A stretch of 64,000 bases of DNA from Kiritimatiellia bacterium. Lineage in GTDB: Bacteria; Verrucomicrobiota; Kiritimatiellia; RFP12; UBA1067. The stretch is taken from NCBI GenBank assembly GCA_017406465.1, contig JAFQYM010000015.1, forward strand, positions 622 through 64,621, in the 5' to 3' direction. Under the pieces are notes generated by a model. That model did not search any database. It was not told where the DNA came from and saw nothing but the letters and a program-made list of their open reading frames with translations. A program made the translations under genes and the position numbers. Positions 50,989 through 61,929 of the stretch are shown here, piece after piece; the first letter of the stretch is position 1, and each line of letters begins with the position of its first letter.

Positions 50989-52289
50989 CGTTATTCGAAT
51001 ACGACCGCGCGAGAATCTGGCATCCCTACGCCTCGCTTAAAAATCCGCCGCCAGTCCTTCACGCGAAAGCGGCATCAGGCGTGGAGATAGAGACTGCCGA
51101 CGGTTTGAAGCTCATCGATGCAGTCTCAAGCTGGTGGTGCGTCGCGCATGGCCACAACCATCCTGCAATCATCGAGGCGATACGCCGTCAGTCGGAGAAG
51201 ATGTGCCACGTGATGTTTGGCGGTTTCACTCACGATCCAGCCGTCGAACTTGCAGAGAAACTTGCGGCGATTGCACCGCCCGGTCTTGATCGCGTGTTTT
51301 TCGCGGACTCTGGCTCAATCTCCGTAGAGGTCGCAGCGAAGATGGCCGTCCAGTACCAGAACGCGCTTGGACACCCAGAGCGCAACCGACTTCTTGCGCT
51401 TAAGGGCGGCTACCACGGCGACACCTCGCTTGCAATGGCGCTCTCCGATCCCGACGGAATGCACACGCTCTTCAAGGGGATAATGACGAAGCACTTCTTC
51501 GCGGAGAAGCCGTCCATCCCGACATGGAGCGAGTGGAATGACGCGGACGCTGAGTCTCTTCGCCGCGTAGTCGACGAACATGGCGGCGAAATCGCCGCGA
51601 TCATTTGCGAGCCGGTTTTCCAGGCGGCGAACGCGATGAACTTCTACCATCCGGATTACTTGCGCGAGATGCGTCGCCTATGCGACGAACGCGGGATGCT
51701 GCTAATTTTCGACGAGATTGCGGCGGGATTCTACAGGACGGGTCCTCTGTGGGCTCATTCGCGCGCAAGCATTGTGCCTGACATCATGACCGTCGGCAAG
51801 GCGCTGACTGGCGGACACATGACGCTCGCGGCGACGCTTGCGAGCGGGAAAGTCGCGGACACGATCTCTGGAGGCCGTCCGTCGGCGTTTATGCACGGCC
51901 CCACCTATATGGCCAATCCGCTTGCGTGTGCGGCGGCATGTGCGTCGCTCGATCTTTTTGCGAAAGCGGACTACGCGGCAAATGTGACGCGGATCGAGAG
52001 CCAGTTCCGCGAAGGACTGGAACTCCTGCGCGGACGTCCGAACGTTCGAGGCGTGCGCGTTCTTGGCGCGGCAGGCGTAGTGGAAGTGGAGCGGCTTCCG
52101 GTGCAGGCGGAAATCTCGCGCGTCATCCGCGAGCATGGCGTTTGGCTCCGTCCGTTTGCGAACTTCATATACTCGATGCCGCCGCTCGTCTCAGACGAGG
52201 CGACGGTAGAGCGCATTGTCGGCGCACTTGTGGACCTTGCTTCCGCGCCGCCCGGCCCGCCGCCGGAGGATGGTGATTTTCATGAGTGA
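50985..52289 (+). CDS. bioA: adenosylmethionine-8-amino-7-oxononanoate aminotransferase
   Basis: SSWWCVAHGHNHP, FADSGS, FDEIAAGF, and the TVGKALTGG PLP-Lys region. Confidence 0.9.
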   Translation: MTLFEYDRARIWHPYASLKNPPPVLHAKAASGVEIETADGLKLIDAVSSWWCVAHGHNHPAIIEAIRRQSEKMCHVMFGGFTHDPAVELAEKLAAIAPPGLDRVFFADSGSISVEVAAKMAVQYQNALGHPERNRLLALKGGYHGDTSLAMALSDPDGMHTLFKGIMTKHFFAEKPSIPTWSEWNDADAESLRRVVDEHGGEIAAIICEPVFQAANAMNFYHPDYLREMRRLCDERGMLLIFDEIAAGFYRTGPLWAHSRASIVPDIMTVGKALTGGHMTLAATLASGKVADTISGGRPSAFMHGPTYMANPLACAAACASLDLFAKADYAANVTRIESQFREGLELLRGRPNVRGVRVLGAAGVVEVERLPVQAEISRVIREHGVWLRPFANFIYSMPPLVSDEATVERIVGALVDLASAPPGPPPEDGDFHE

Positions 52290-54183
52290 GACGTATTCCG
52301 TAAAGATGCGCGCGTCGAGCGACGGGCGGCATGTTTCTGGCGCGGAAAAGATTGTCCCCGTGGGGTCGGTTTCGAAGGTTGCGTCACGGCTCGTTGAACG
52401 AGCCTTGTCGCATGAGCGCGGCACGCCTGATTTCATCAACGTCAAGATCGAGTCCCTTTCGTCCGACATCCTTCGCCTCAAGGCGCTTCCTGTCATGACG
52501 CATGTCGTCGCGACGCCCGCCGAAGGTCGCGCACTTGCTGCGCGGCTCTTGGCCGAAGCGGGAATTGCCAACGTCGATGAAATCATGGTGCGGTTTTCCG
52601 AGACACATTCGCTTCGTGGCGCGATGCTGCTCGATGCCGACACGCTTGAACGGCTCGAGCCAGATCAGTCGCGCGGCGTACGTGCTACATACATGGATGA
52701 CGCCGCGGCGCTTGCGAAGGGAACGGCGGGCGTAAAGAACCACTACGCCGAAGCTATCGTCCTTGCGACAAAAGTCCAGAACGCGCCTAACATAATCGCC
52801 GAGATCTGCGTGTCGGACGATCCTGACTATGTGACTGGCTATGTCGCGACTCGTGAACTCGGCTATAGGCGAATCACTGTTCTCAAGGAAAAGGGCGATC
52901 CGAACGGTGGACGCATTTTCCTCTATCGCGGCCCGCGCGACGGAGTCGCAAAGACGATTGAGTTTCTTGAAAAGACACCTGTCCTCGTCGATGACGTCCC
53001 GACGCTTTCGTGCGCGGCAAATGCGCCGCGCAGATTTGACGGTCTTGCTGATGCGCTCGATGCGCGTCAGGCGGCCGGGCTCTCGCGCCGGTGTCGGACA
53101 TTGGAAGGGCCGACAGGACCGACGGCGATTGTCGACGGTCGCGAGCTCGTCGTTTTTGCATCTAACGACTATCTCGACCTCGCGCGCGATCCCCGCGTAG
53201 TCAAGGCGGCGGCGGATGCCGCGAACGAGTTTGGCGCAGGGTCGGGCGGTGCTCGTCTTACGACTGGCACGCAGCCGCCGCATGTGCGGCTCGAAAGCGC
53301 GCTTGCCAAGTTCAAGGGCTCGGAAGCCGTGCTCCTTTATGGAACTGGCTACATGGCGAATGTGGGCGCGATCTCCGCGCTCGTCGGAAAAGGCGATGTA
53401 GTCCTTTCCGATGAATTGAACCACGCCTCAATCATAGATGGCTGCCGTCTTTCGGGTGCCGATGTCCTCGTCTATCGTCACGGAGACATGGAGGACTTGG
53501 ACCGAAAACTTGGCGCCTGCCGAGAACATCGCCGTCGCCTCGCCGTTTCTGACGGCGTGTTTTCGATGGACGGTGACATTCTCGATTTGCCGCGCTTTCT
53601 TGAGGTGACGCGTCGCCACGATGTGTTTTCCATGGTGGACGAGGCGCATGCGACTGGCGTTGTCGGATGCACGGGTCGAGGTCTTGCGGAGCACTTTGGC
53701 TGCGAGCTTCCTGATGTTTTGATGGGAACCCTCTCCAAGGCGCTTGGGTCGGAAGGCGGTTTCGTTTGCGGATCGAAACTTCTTGTGGAGTATCTTCGCA
53801 ACATGTCGCGGCCTTTCATCTTCTCGACGGCACCGGGGGCTCCCGCAATGGCTGCGGCGCTCGCCGCGCTCGAGGTTCTTGTAGCCGAGCCAGGGCGTGT
53901 GGCAAAGCTACGGGAGAATATCGCGCTTTTCGTCTCGGAACTTGCGCGCCACGGAGTCTCCGTTCGCGGTGAGACGGCAATCGTCCCTGTTGTAGTAGGC
54001 GACGAGAAAAAGGCGCTTGCGGCGAGCGCGGCGCTTGAGGAGCTCGGCTTTCTCGTGCCTGCGATCCGCTACCCGACGGTCGCCCGCGGCGCGGCGCGTC
54101 TTCGTGTTGCCCTCATGAGCGCCCATACGCCCGAGCAACTCCGTGCCGCCGCATCGTCTCTTGCCAAGATACTGAAATCTTGA
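52282..54183 (+). CDS. bioW/bioF: fusion of 6-carboxyhexanoate-CoA ligase (BioW) and 8-amino-7-oxononanoate synthase (BioF)
   Basis: N-half: YSVKMRASSDGRHVSGAEKIV...VSDDPDYVTGYV (BioW-like). C-half: ASNDYLDL...DELNHASIIDG...DEAHATGV...GTLSKALG (BioF PLP-Lys). ATG 52282 overlaps the bioA stop. Confidence 0.85.
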   Translation: MSETYSVKMRASSDGRHVSGAEKIVPVGSVSKVASRLVERALSHERGTPDFINVKIESLSSDILRLKALPVMTHVVATPAEGRALAARLLAEAGIANVDEIMVRFSETHSLRGAMLLDADTLERLEPDQSRGVRATYMDDAAALAKGTAGVKNHYAEAIVLATKVQNAPNIIAEICVSDDPDYVTGYVATRELGYRRITVLKEKGDPNGGRIFLYRGPRDGVAKTIEFLEKTPVLVDDVPTLSCAANAPRRFDGLADALDARQAAGLSRRCRTLEGPTGPTAIVDGRELVVFASNDYLDLARDPRVVKAAADAANEFGAGSGGARLTTGTQPPHVRLESALAKFKGSEAVLLYGTGYMANVGAISALVGKGDVVLSDELNHASIIDGCRLSGADVLVYRHGDMEDLDRKLGACREHRRRLAVSDGVFSMDGDILDLPRFLEVTRRHDVFSMVDEAHATGVVGCTGRGLAEHFGCELPDVLMGTLSKALGSEGGFVCGSKLLVEYLRNMSRPFIFSTAPGAPAMAAALAALEVLVAEPGRVAKLRENIALFVSELARHGVSVRGETAIVPVVVGDEKKALAASAALEELGFLVPAIRYPTVARGAARLRVALMSAHTPEQLRAAASSLAKILKS

Positions 54184-54268
54184 CTTGGCGAATTTCATGT
54201 TCTGGCGAGGGCGCATTGGTAACGCGAATATGGTATAATATTCATTCAAAAAGTCAACGGAATACAAG

Positions 54269-56967
<2,699 letters not shown>

Positions 56968-56971
<4 letters not shown>

Positions 56972-57567
56972 TTGCGTACATAAGAGGCGTTCTTTCCGAA
57001 AAGGCGCCCGATCGCGTCGTTATAGAGGCGGGCGGCGTCGGGTACGAACTCCTCATACCCGTGTCCTCGTTCGACAGGCTTCCCCGCGAGGGCGGGGAGG
57101 TGAAGCTCCTCGCGTGGCACTGCGTGCGAGAAGACGACGAGTTGCTCTTCGGGTTCGCGACGAAGGAGGAGCGCGAGATGTTCCTGAAGCTCACCCAGGT
57201 GAGCGGAGTCGGTCCCAAGATCGCGCTTGCGATACTTTCCGGCTCGTCGATTGGCGAGCTTTCGCTTGCGATAGCCTCCGGTAACGCAAAGCGCATTTCC
57301 TCCATCAAGGGCGTAGGCAAGAAGACCGCCGAGAAGATATGCGTCGAGCTGAAGGACAAGGTCAACGCCATTGAGGCGCTTGCCGCGACTTCGCGTCGAG
57401 GCGGAAATGACGCGAAGACGCCGATGCTCCACGACGCGATTCTCGCGCTGACGGCGCTCGGCTTCAGCGATGAGGCGGCGAACAAGATGGTCACGAAGGT
57501 GCTGGCCGACAATCCGTCCGTCAAGGACGTCGAGACGCTCGTGCGGCTTGCCCTTGCAAGCCGATAG
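56968..57567 (+). CDS. ruvA: Holliday junction DNA helicase subunit RuvA
   Basis: MIAYIRGVL..., HhH motifs (VSGVGPKIALAILS, IKGVGKKTAEKI). ATGA overlap with valS. Confidence 0.93.
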
Positions 57568-57569
57568 CC

Positions 57570-57602
57570 TCTACACGTTCTACACGTTCTACACGGCTAA
57601 AA
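57570..57602. repeat. 3 x 9-nt tctacacg(t/g) followed by ctaaaa
   Basis: tctacacgt tctacacgt tctacacgg ctaaaa, directly after the ruvA stop. It shares tctacacggctaaaa with 44573-44587. Confidence 0.85.
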
Positions 57603-57628
57603 CAGCTTACAAAAGAAAGGATAAGAGT

Positions 57629-59377
57629 ATGATAAAGAAGACAATTTTGCTTGGCGCGTTTTGCGCGGCGGCGCTCGTTGCGCTTGCAGAGCGCGAGAAA
57701 GTCTGGCCCGAAGGCAAGATGCCAGACGTGCAAGGCCACCAGATCGCCGCGATGACGAACGAGAAGGAGAAGGGAAAGGATCCCTATCTCGACTGGTGCC
57801 CAGCACCTGAAAAGCCGAACGGCTGCTGCATGATACTCGTTTCCGGTGGCGGCTACAGCAGCTGCTGTGACGTCGGGCTCGTGCAGACATGGGCGAAGAA
57901 GTTCACGGAGCAGGGCTTCCAGTGCGTCAACTTCGTCTACAGGACGCCGCGTCCGAACAACCTCCCGATCCACCAGAGCGCGTGGGAGGACGGACAGCGC
58001 GCCGTGCGACTCGTCCGCTCGCAGGCCGCGAAGCGAGGCTACGACCCCGAGAAGATAGGCACGATCTCGATGTCGGCGGGCTCCCATCTCGCGACGCTTC
58101 TCGCGACGAGCGCTCTTACGCCCGCCTACGAGAAGGTCGACGAACTTGACGAAGTTCCCTGCCACATCAACTGGGCCATCACGGGAGCAATCGCTTACGC
58201 GGTGACGGATGGCATCGGTACGCCTAACACGCGCAACGGGCAGGCAATTGACGCCAAGCTCGATTCGATTTTCAAGTTTGACGAGAAGACGGCGCCTATG
58301 TGCATGTTCCATGGAAGCGTCGACCTTTATTCGCCGATGGCGTCGACGCTCGTCTATCGCGAGTTGAGGAAGAGGAAGGTCCCTGCCGAACTTCACATTT
58401 TTGCCGACCGCAACCACGGTTTCTGGGGCTCTGACGGGAAGGGCGACAAGGCGGCCGCTTACGACAACTGGTTCGACCGCGCGATGGAGTTCCTTGCCCA
58501 GATGGGCTTCCTCGGCACGCTCAAGCCAGAGGAAGATCTAATGGCACGGTTCGCAAAGGACTTCCACGACCCTGCACTCTACGCGAAGGAGGAGCTGTGG
58601 CCAAAAGGCAAGACTCCTGACTTCCAGGAGAAGCAGAACGTTCCTTATCTTGAGTGGTACATCCCCTCGAACCTAACAACGAAGGCGATACAGATCATTT
58701 ACTCCGGCGGGGGATACAATGGCAACGGCCCCGACGGTTTCGAGGTCGCTCCGGCGCGTCGCTTCCTCAACGAGAAGGGCATGGCCGTCGTCACGATGAA
58801 GTATAGGACTCCTCGTCCGGCGGCGCCGCTTGCGAAGCACACGACCGCGTGGCAGGACCTCCAGCGCTGCATCAGGATCGTCCGCTCCAAGGCGGCGGAG
58901 AAGGGGCTTGATCCGAACCGCATCGGCATCATGGGCTCGTCGGCCGGCGGTCACCTTACGCTTATGGGCGTGACGAGTTCGCGTAGTCGCTCCTACTGGA
59001 ACATCGACGACATCGACAAGATTCCTTGCAATGTCCAGTGGGGCGTTGGCATCTACCCTGCGTATGCGCTGACGGACGGCTACGACATGCACAACACGAC
59101 TGGCGGCAACGATGATTCCGCGCGGCTTGTCCCGGAGTTTGCGTTCGACCCCGACACTTGCCCAATGGTGTTCATCCACGGCGATGCCGACGGCTGGGCA
59201 TCGATGAATTCTGTGAAGACATGGGAACAGATGCGCCGCATGGGAATTGCGAGCGACCTGCATACGCTATGCAAGAGGCCGCACTGCTTTCAGCGCACGG
59301 CGTCTCCAGGCACTGGCAGCTACACGTGGCTCGGACGTATCTGGGAGTTCATGAACCACAAGGGGTTCAACAAGTAA
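57629..59377 (+). CDS. secreted protein with two tandem alpha/beta-hydrolase (esterase) domains
   Basis: Signal peptide MIKKTILLGAFCAAALVALA. Duplicated blocks: VSGGGY..YRTPRP..W(E/Q)D.QR..R.VRS.AA..G.DP..IG..(M/G)SAG(S/G)HL. Confidence 0.75.
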   Translation: MIKKTILLGAFCAAALVALAEREKVWPEGKMPDVQGHQIAAMTNEKEKGKDPYLDWCPAPEKPNGCCMILVSGGGYSSCCDVGLVQTWAKKFTEQGFQCVNFVYRTPRPNNLPIHQSAWEDGQRAVRLVRSQAAKRGYDPEKIGTISMSAGSHLATLLATSALTPAYEKVDELDEVPCHINWAITGAIAYAVTDGIGTPNTRNGQAIDAKLDSIFKFDEKTAPMCMFHGSVDLYSPMASTLVYRELRKRKVPAELHIFADRNHGFWGSDGKGDKAAAYDNWFDRAMEFLAQMGFLGTLKPEEDLMARFAKDFHDPALYAKEELWPKGKTPDFQEKQNVPYLEWYIPSNLTTKAIQIIYSGGGYNGNGPDGFEVAPARRFLNEKGMAVVTMKYRTPRPAAPLAKHTTAWQDLQRCIRIVRSKAAEKGLDPNRIGIMGSSAGGHLTLMGVTSSRSRSYWNIDDIDKIPCNVQWGVGIYPAYALTDGYDMHNTTGGNDDSARLVPEFAFDPDTCPMVFIHGDADGWASMNSVKTWEQMRRMGIASDLHTLCKRPHCFQRTASPGTGSYTWLGRIWEFMNHKGFNK

Positions 59378-59388
59378 CGGTGGCGAAG

Positions 59389-60036
59389 CTACAGCCGCTG
59401 TGAAATGCGGTAGAGGTGCTCGACGAGGTTTGCGTCGAGCACCTTTTCCATAAAGGGGATCACTTCGTGGCGCACCTTGTTGCGCTCTATCGAGACGTCG
59501 TCGTTAGACGCGTCCTCGCGCCATTCCTCGCCGAACTTGCGAAGGTAGTCCTTTAGCTCGTCGTCGCGGCAGCCGAGGAGCGGGCGCACGAACTTGATGC
59601 CTGCGACTTCGCTTGTCGCGCGAATGCCCGAGAGCGATGCACGGCGCAGCTTCATGAGGAACGTCTCCGCGACGTCGTCCATGTGGTGGCCCGTCGCGAC
59701 GGCGTCGAGCTTCAGCGACTTCATGCACTTCGAGAAAAACGCGAGCCGCACGCGCCGCGCGGCCATCTCAAGCGATTCGCCGCGCCGCCTGATGACCTTG
59801 GCGTGGATTCCCTTGAAGGGGATTCCGAGGCGCTTCGCGAGCGAACGGACAAACCTATATTCCTCCTTCGACTCTTTTCGCAGCCCGTGGTCAACATGGA
59901 GAACGACAAAGCGCTTCGCGGCGTTTTTCTTCTTGCCGCCTTTCGTGAGGAGGAAGGCGAGGGCGACCGAATCGGAACCGCCGCTGACGGCGAGTCCGAT
60001 TTTTCCTGGAGGAAGTATGGATCTGTCTATTTTCAC
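59389..60036 (-). CDS. tilS: tRNA(Ile)-lysidine synthetase, short form (PP-loop domain only, 215 aa)
   Basis: LAVSGGSDSVALAFLL PP-loop and ATGHHMDD. GTG start 8 nt downstream of a - strand TGGTATAAT (60045-60053). Confidence 0.75.
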   Translation of the reverse strand: MKIDRSILPPGKIGLAVSGGSDSVALAFLLTKGGKKKNAAKRFVVLHVDHGLRKESKEEYRFVRSLAKRLGIPFKGIHAKVIRRRGESLEMAARRVRLAFFSKCMKSLKLDAVATGHHMDDVAETFLMKLRRASLSGIRATSEVAGIKFVRPLLGCRDDELKDYLRKFGEEWREDASNDDVSIERNKVRHEVIPFMEKVLDANLVEHLYRISQRL

Positions 60037-60088
60037 CCTTGCGCATTATACCAAAAAAATGATATACTTTGCGCCGTTCGTTTGCAAA

Positions 60089-60162
60089 GCGGGCGTAGCT
60101 CAATGGCAGAGCTCCAGCCTTCCAAGCTGGCTACGAGGGTTCGATTCCCTTCGCCCGCTCCA
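60089..60162 (+). tRNA. tRNA-Gly (anticodon TCC), CCA encoded
   Basis: Hand-folded: acceptor GCGGGCG/CGCCCGC, anticodon arm CCAGC-CTTCCAA-GCTGG, T-loop TTCGATT. Confidence 0.9.
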
Positions 60163-60173
60163 GACTGGGCAAG

Positions 60174-60256
60174 GCCAGGGTGGCGTAATGGCAGCCGCGG
60201 CAGACTCAAAATCTGCTATACGTGAGTATGTGCGGGTTCGAGTCCCGCTCCTGGCA
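60174..60256 (+). tRNA. tRNA-Leu (anticodon CAA), long variable arm
   Basis: Hand-folded: acceptor GCCAGGG/TCCTGGC, anticodon arm GCAGA-CTCAAAA-TCTGC, variable arm tatacgtgagtatgt, T-arm GCGGG-TTCGAGT-CCCGC. Confidence 0.85.
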
Positions 60257-60323
60257 CCCGCCTCCGCTCCTCGCGGAGCTACGGCGGGCAAGCCAAGCAT
60301 TGCGAACGGGCGCAACAACGACT

Positions 60324-60413
60324 GGAGGGGTGTCCGAGTGGTCGATGGTGCAACCTTGGAAAGGTTGTGTGGGGGCAACTCCACCGGGGGTTCGAATCCC
60401 CCCCCCTCCGCCA
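60324..60413 (+). tRNA. tRNA-Ser (anticodon GGA), long variable arm, CCA encoded
   Basis: Hand-folded: acceptor GGAGGGG/CCCCTCC, anticodon arm CAACC-TTGGAAA-GGTTG, T-arm GGGGG-TTCGAAT-CCCCC. Confidence 0.85.
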
Positions 60414-60487
60414 AGTGGCGGCAAAGAATTGGCTTTTTGGCCTTTGCATAAGTTGATATGTCATTTGCGCACTAATGTTCTGCGTTG

Positions 60488-60496
60488 TGGTACAAT
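60488..60496 (+). promoter_or_regulatory. extended -10 box TGGTACAAT, 6 nt upstream of ATG 60503
   Basis: tggtacaat followed by gcggac and ATG. Confidence 0.55.
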
Positions 60497-60502
60497 GCGG
60501 AC

Positions 60503-61855
60503 ATGAACAAGTTCTTGCTGTATGTATCTGTCGCCGCGTCAATAGGCGGATTTCTTTTCGGGTTTGATTCCGGTGTGATATCCGGGGCGGAAAAGGCCAT
60601 TCAGTCTGAATTCGGCCTTAGCGCTTTCTGGCACGGGTTCATAGTGTCGGTTGCGCTTGTCGGAACCTTGTTCGGTGTGTTTGCGGCGGGGCGTCCCAGC
60701 GACCGTTTTGGTCGCCGTCCGACGTTGTGGGCTATGGCTGTCCTCTTCCTCGTCTCCGCGCTTGGATGTGCGCTGACTCCGACTGATGTGACTATCGGTC
60801 CACATGCGCTTGGCTGGTTTCGTTTCATCGGCGGACTTGCGATAGGCGGCGTGTCTGTCGTTGTTCCATTGTACATCGTCGAAATCGCTCCCGGCAGATG
60901 GCGCGGGCTTCTCGTTGGATTGAACCAGCTTAACATCGTCTTCGGAATTCTCGCGAGCTACATCACCAACTACCTCGTTGCACGATACATGCCCGACTTC
61001 GACCCTCGCGTTGTGTGGCGCGTCATGCTCGGGGTGGAGTGCCTGCCGATAATCGCCTTCATGCTGCTTCTCACGACGATTCCTGAGTCCCCGCGCTGGC
61101 TTGTGCGCGTCGGGCGCGTTGCGGACGCGGCGAAGGTCCTCTCGCGCGTAGGGTGCGAGAGAGTCGCCGAAACCGTAGAGGAGATTAAGGCGTCGCTCCT
61201 CGCGGCGGCGAACGGCGTGGACGTGCCGCTTTTCCAGCGCAAGTTCCTAAAGCCCATCCTTCTTGCGTTTTTCATTGCGTTCTTCAACCAGATAAGCGGA
61301 ATCAACGCGATCAACTACTACGCTCCGCGAATCTTCGAGATGATCTTCGGTGAGGGGTCGTCGCTTGCGGCTCTTGCCGGCACGATGGGCATGGGGCTTG
61401 TGAACCTTGTCTTTACTGCGATTGCGTTCGCTGTAATCGACAAGGTGGGGCGGCGGGTGCTCATAATGATCGGAGCTACGGCGATGGTCGCCATGCACTC
61501 CCTCGTAGCGTGGCAGTTGTCGCTGCCAAATCCAACTGCTGCAATAGCGGTCTTTGGCATCTTCGGGTTCATCGCGGCGTTCGCCATGTCTTCCGGCGCG
61601 TGTCTCTGGGTCTACATATCCGAGGTGTTCCCGAATACCGTCCGCGCGAAGGGACAGGCCCTTGGATGCTTCACCCACTGGTTCCTTTGCACCATCATCA
61701 GCTGGACGTTCCCGATGGCCGCCGAGAGAGCGGGTTCTTGGACCTTCGCGTTCTTTGCCGTGATGATGGTTTGCCAGTTCTTCTGGGCGGTGTTCTTTAT
61801 GCCCGAGACGAAGGGCGGCAGTATCGAGGATATTGAGAGGCGGCTTGGATTTTAA
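60503..61855 (+). CDS. MFS sugar porter-family transporter
   Basis: GFDSGVISGA, GRPSDRFGRRP, PESPRWL, PETKG motifs; 450 aa. Confidence 0.85.
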   Translation: MNKFLLYVSVAASIGGFLFGFDSGVISGAEKAIQSEFGLSAFWHGFIVSVALVGTLFGVFAAGRPSDRFGRRPTLWAMAVLFLVSALGCALTPTDVTIGPHALGWFRFIGGLAIGGVSVVVPLYIVEIAPGRWRGLLVGLNQLNIVFGILASYITNYLVARYMPDFDPRVVWRVMLGVECLPIIAFMLLLTTIPESPRWLVRVGRVADAAKVLSRVGCERVAETVEEIKASLLAAANGVDVPLFQRKFLKPILLAFFIAFFNQISGINAINYYAPRIFEMIFGEGSSLAALAGTMGMGLVNLVFTAIAFAVIDKVGRRVLIMIGATAMVAMHSLVAWQLSLPNPTAAIAVFGIFGFIAAFAMSSGACLWVYISEVFPNTVRAKGQALGCFTHWFLCTIISWTFPMAAERAGSWTFAFFAVMMVCQFFWAVFFMPETKGGSIEDIERRLGF

Positions 61856-61861
61856 GTTTCG

Positions 61862-61885
61862 CGCAGAGACGCAGAGGCGCAGAGG
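61862..61885. repeat. 3 x 8-nt cgcagag(a/g) tandem repeat upstream of the glycyl-radical enzyme gene
   Basis: cgcagaga cgcagagg cgcagagg. A related acgcagag tandem lies at 63145-63168 inside the gene. Confidence 0.8.
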
Positions 61886-61929
61886 AAGCTGAAGCCGGGT
61901 TGTGAATCGAGAATAACTTAGGTGGTAAT

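Noticed and set aside
54184-54268. A T-box or riboswitch leader upstream of valS (also considered upstream of serC and the bio genes).
   Set aside because: The TGGTATAAT box leaves only a ~30-nt leader, too short for a T-box. I saw no specifier or terminator-antiterminator hairpins.
60174-60256. tRNA-Sec (the string tca is in the anticodon loop, and there is a long variable arm).
   Set aside because: With the 5-bp stem GCAGA/TCTGC the 7-nt loop is CTCAAAA, so positions 34-36 read CAA (Leu). The acceptor and T arms have normal type II tRNA-Leu lengths.
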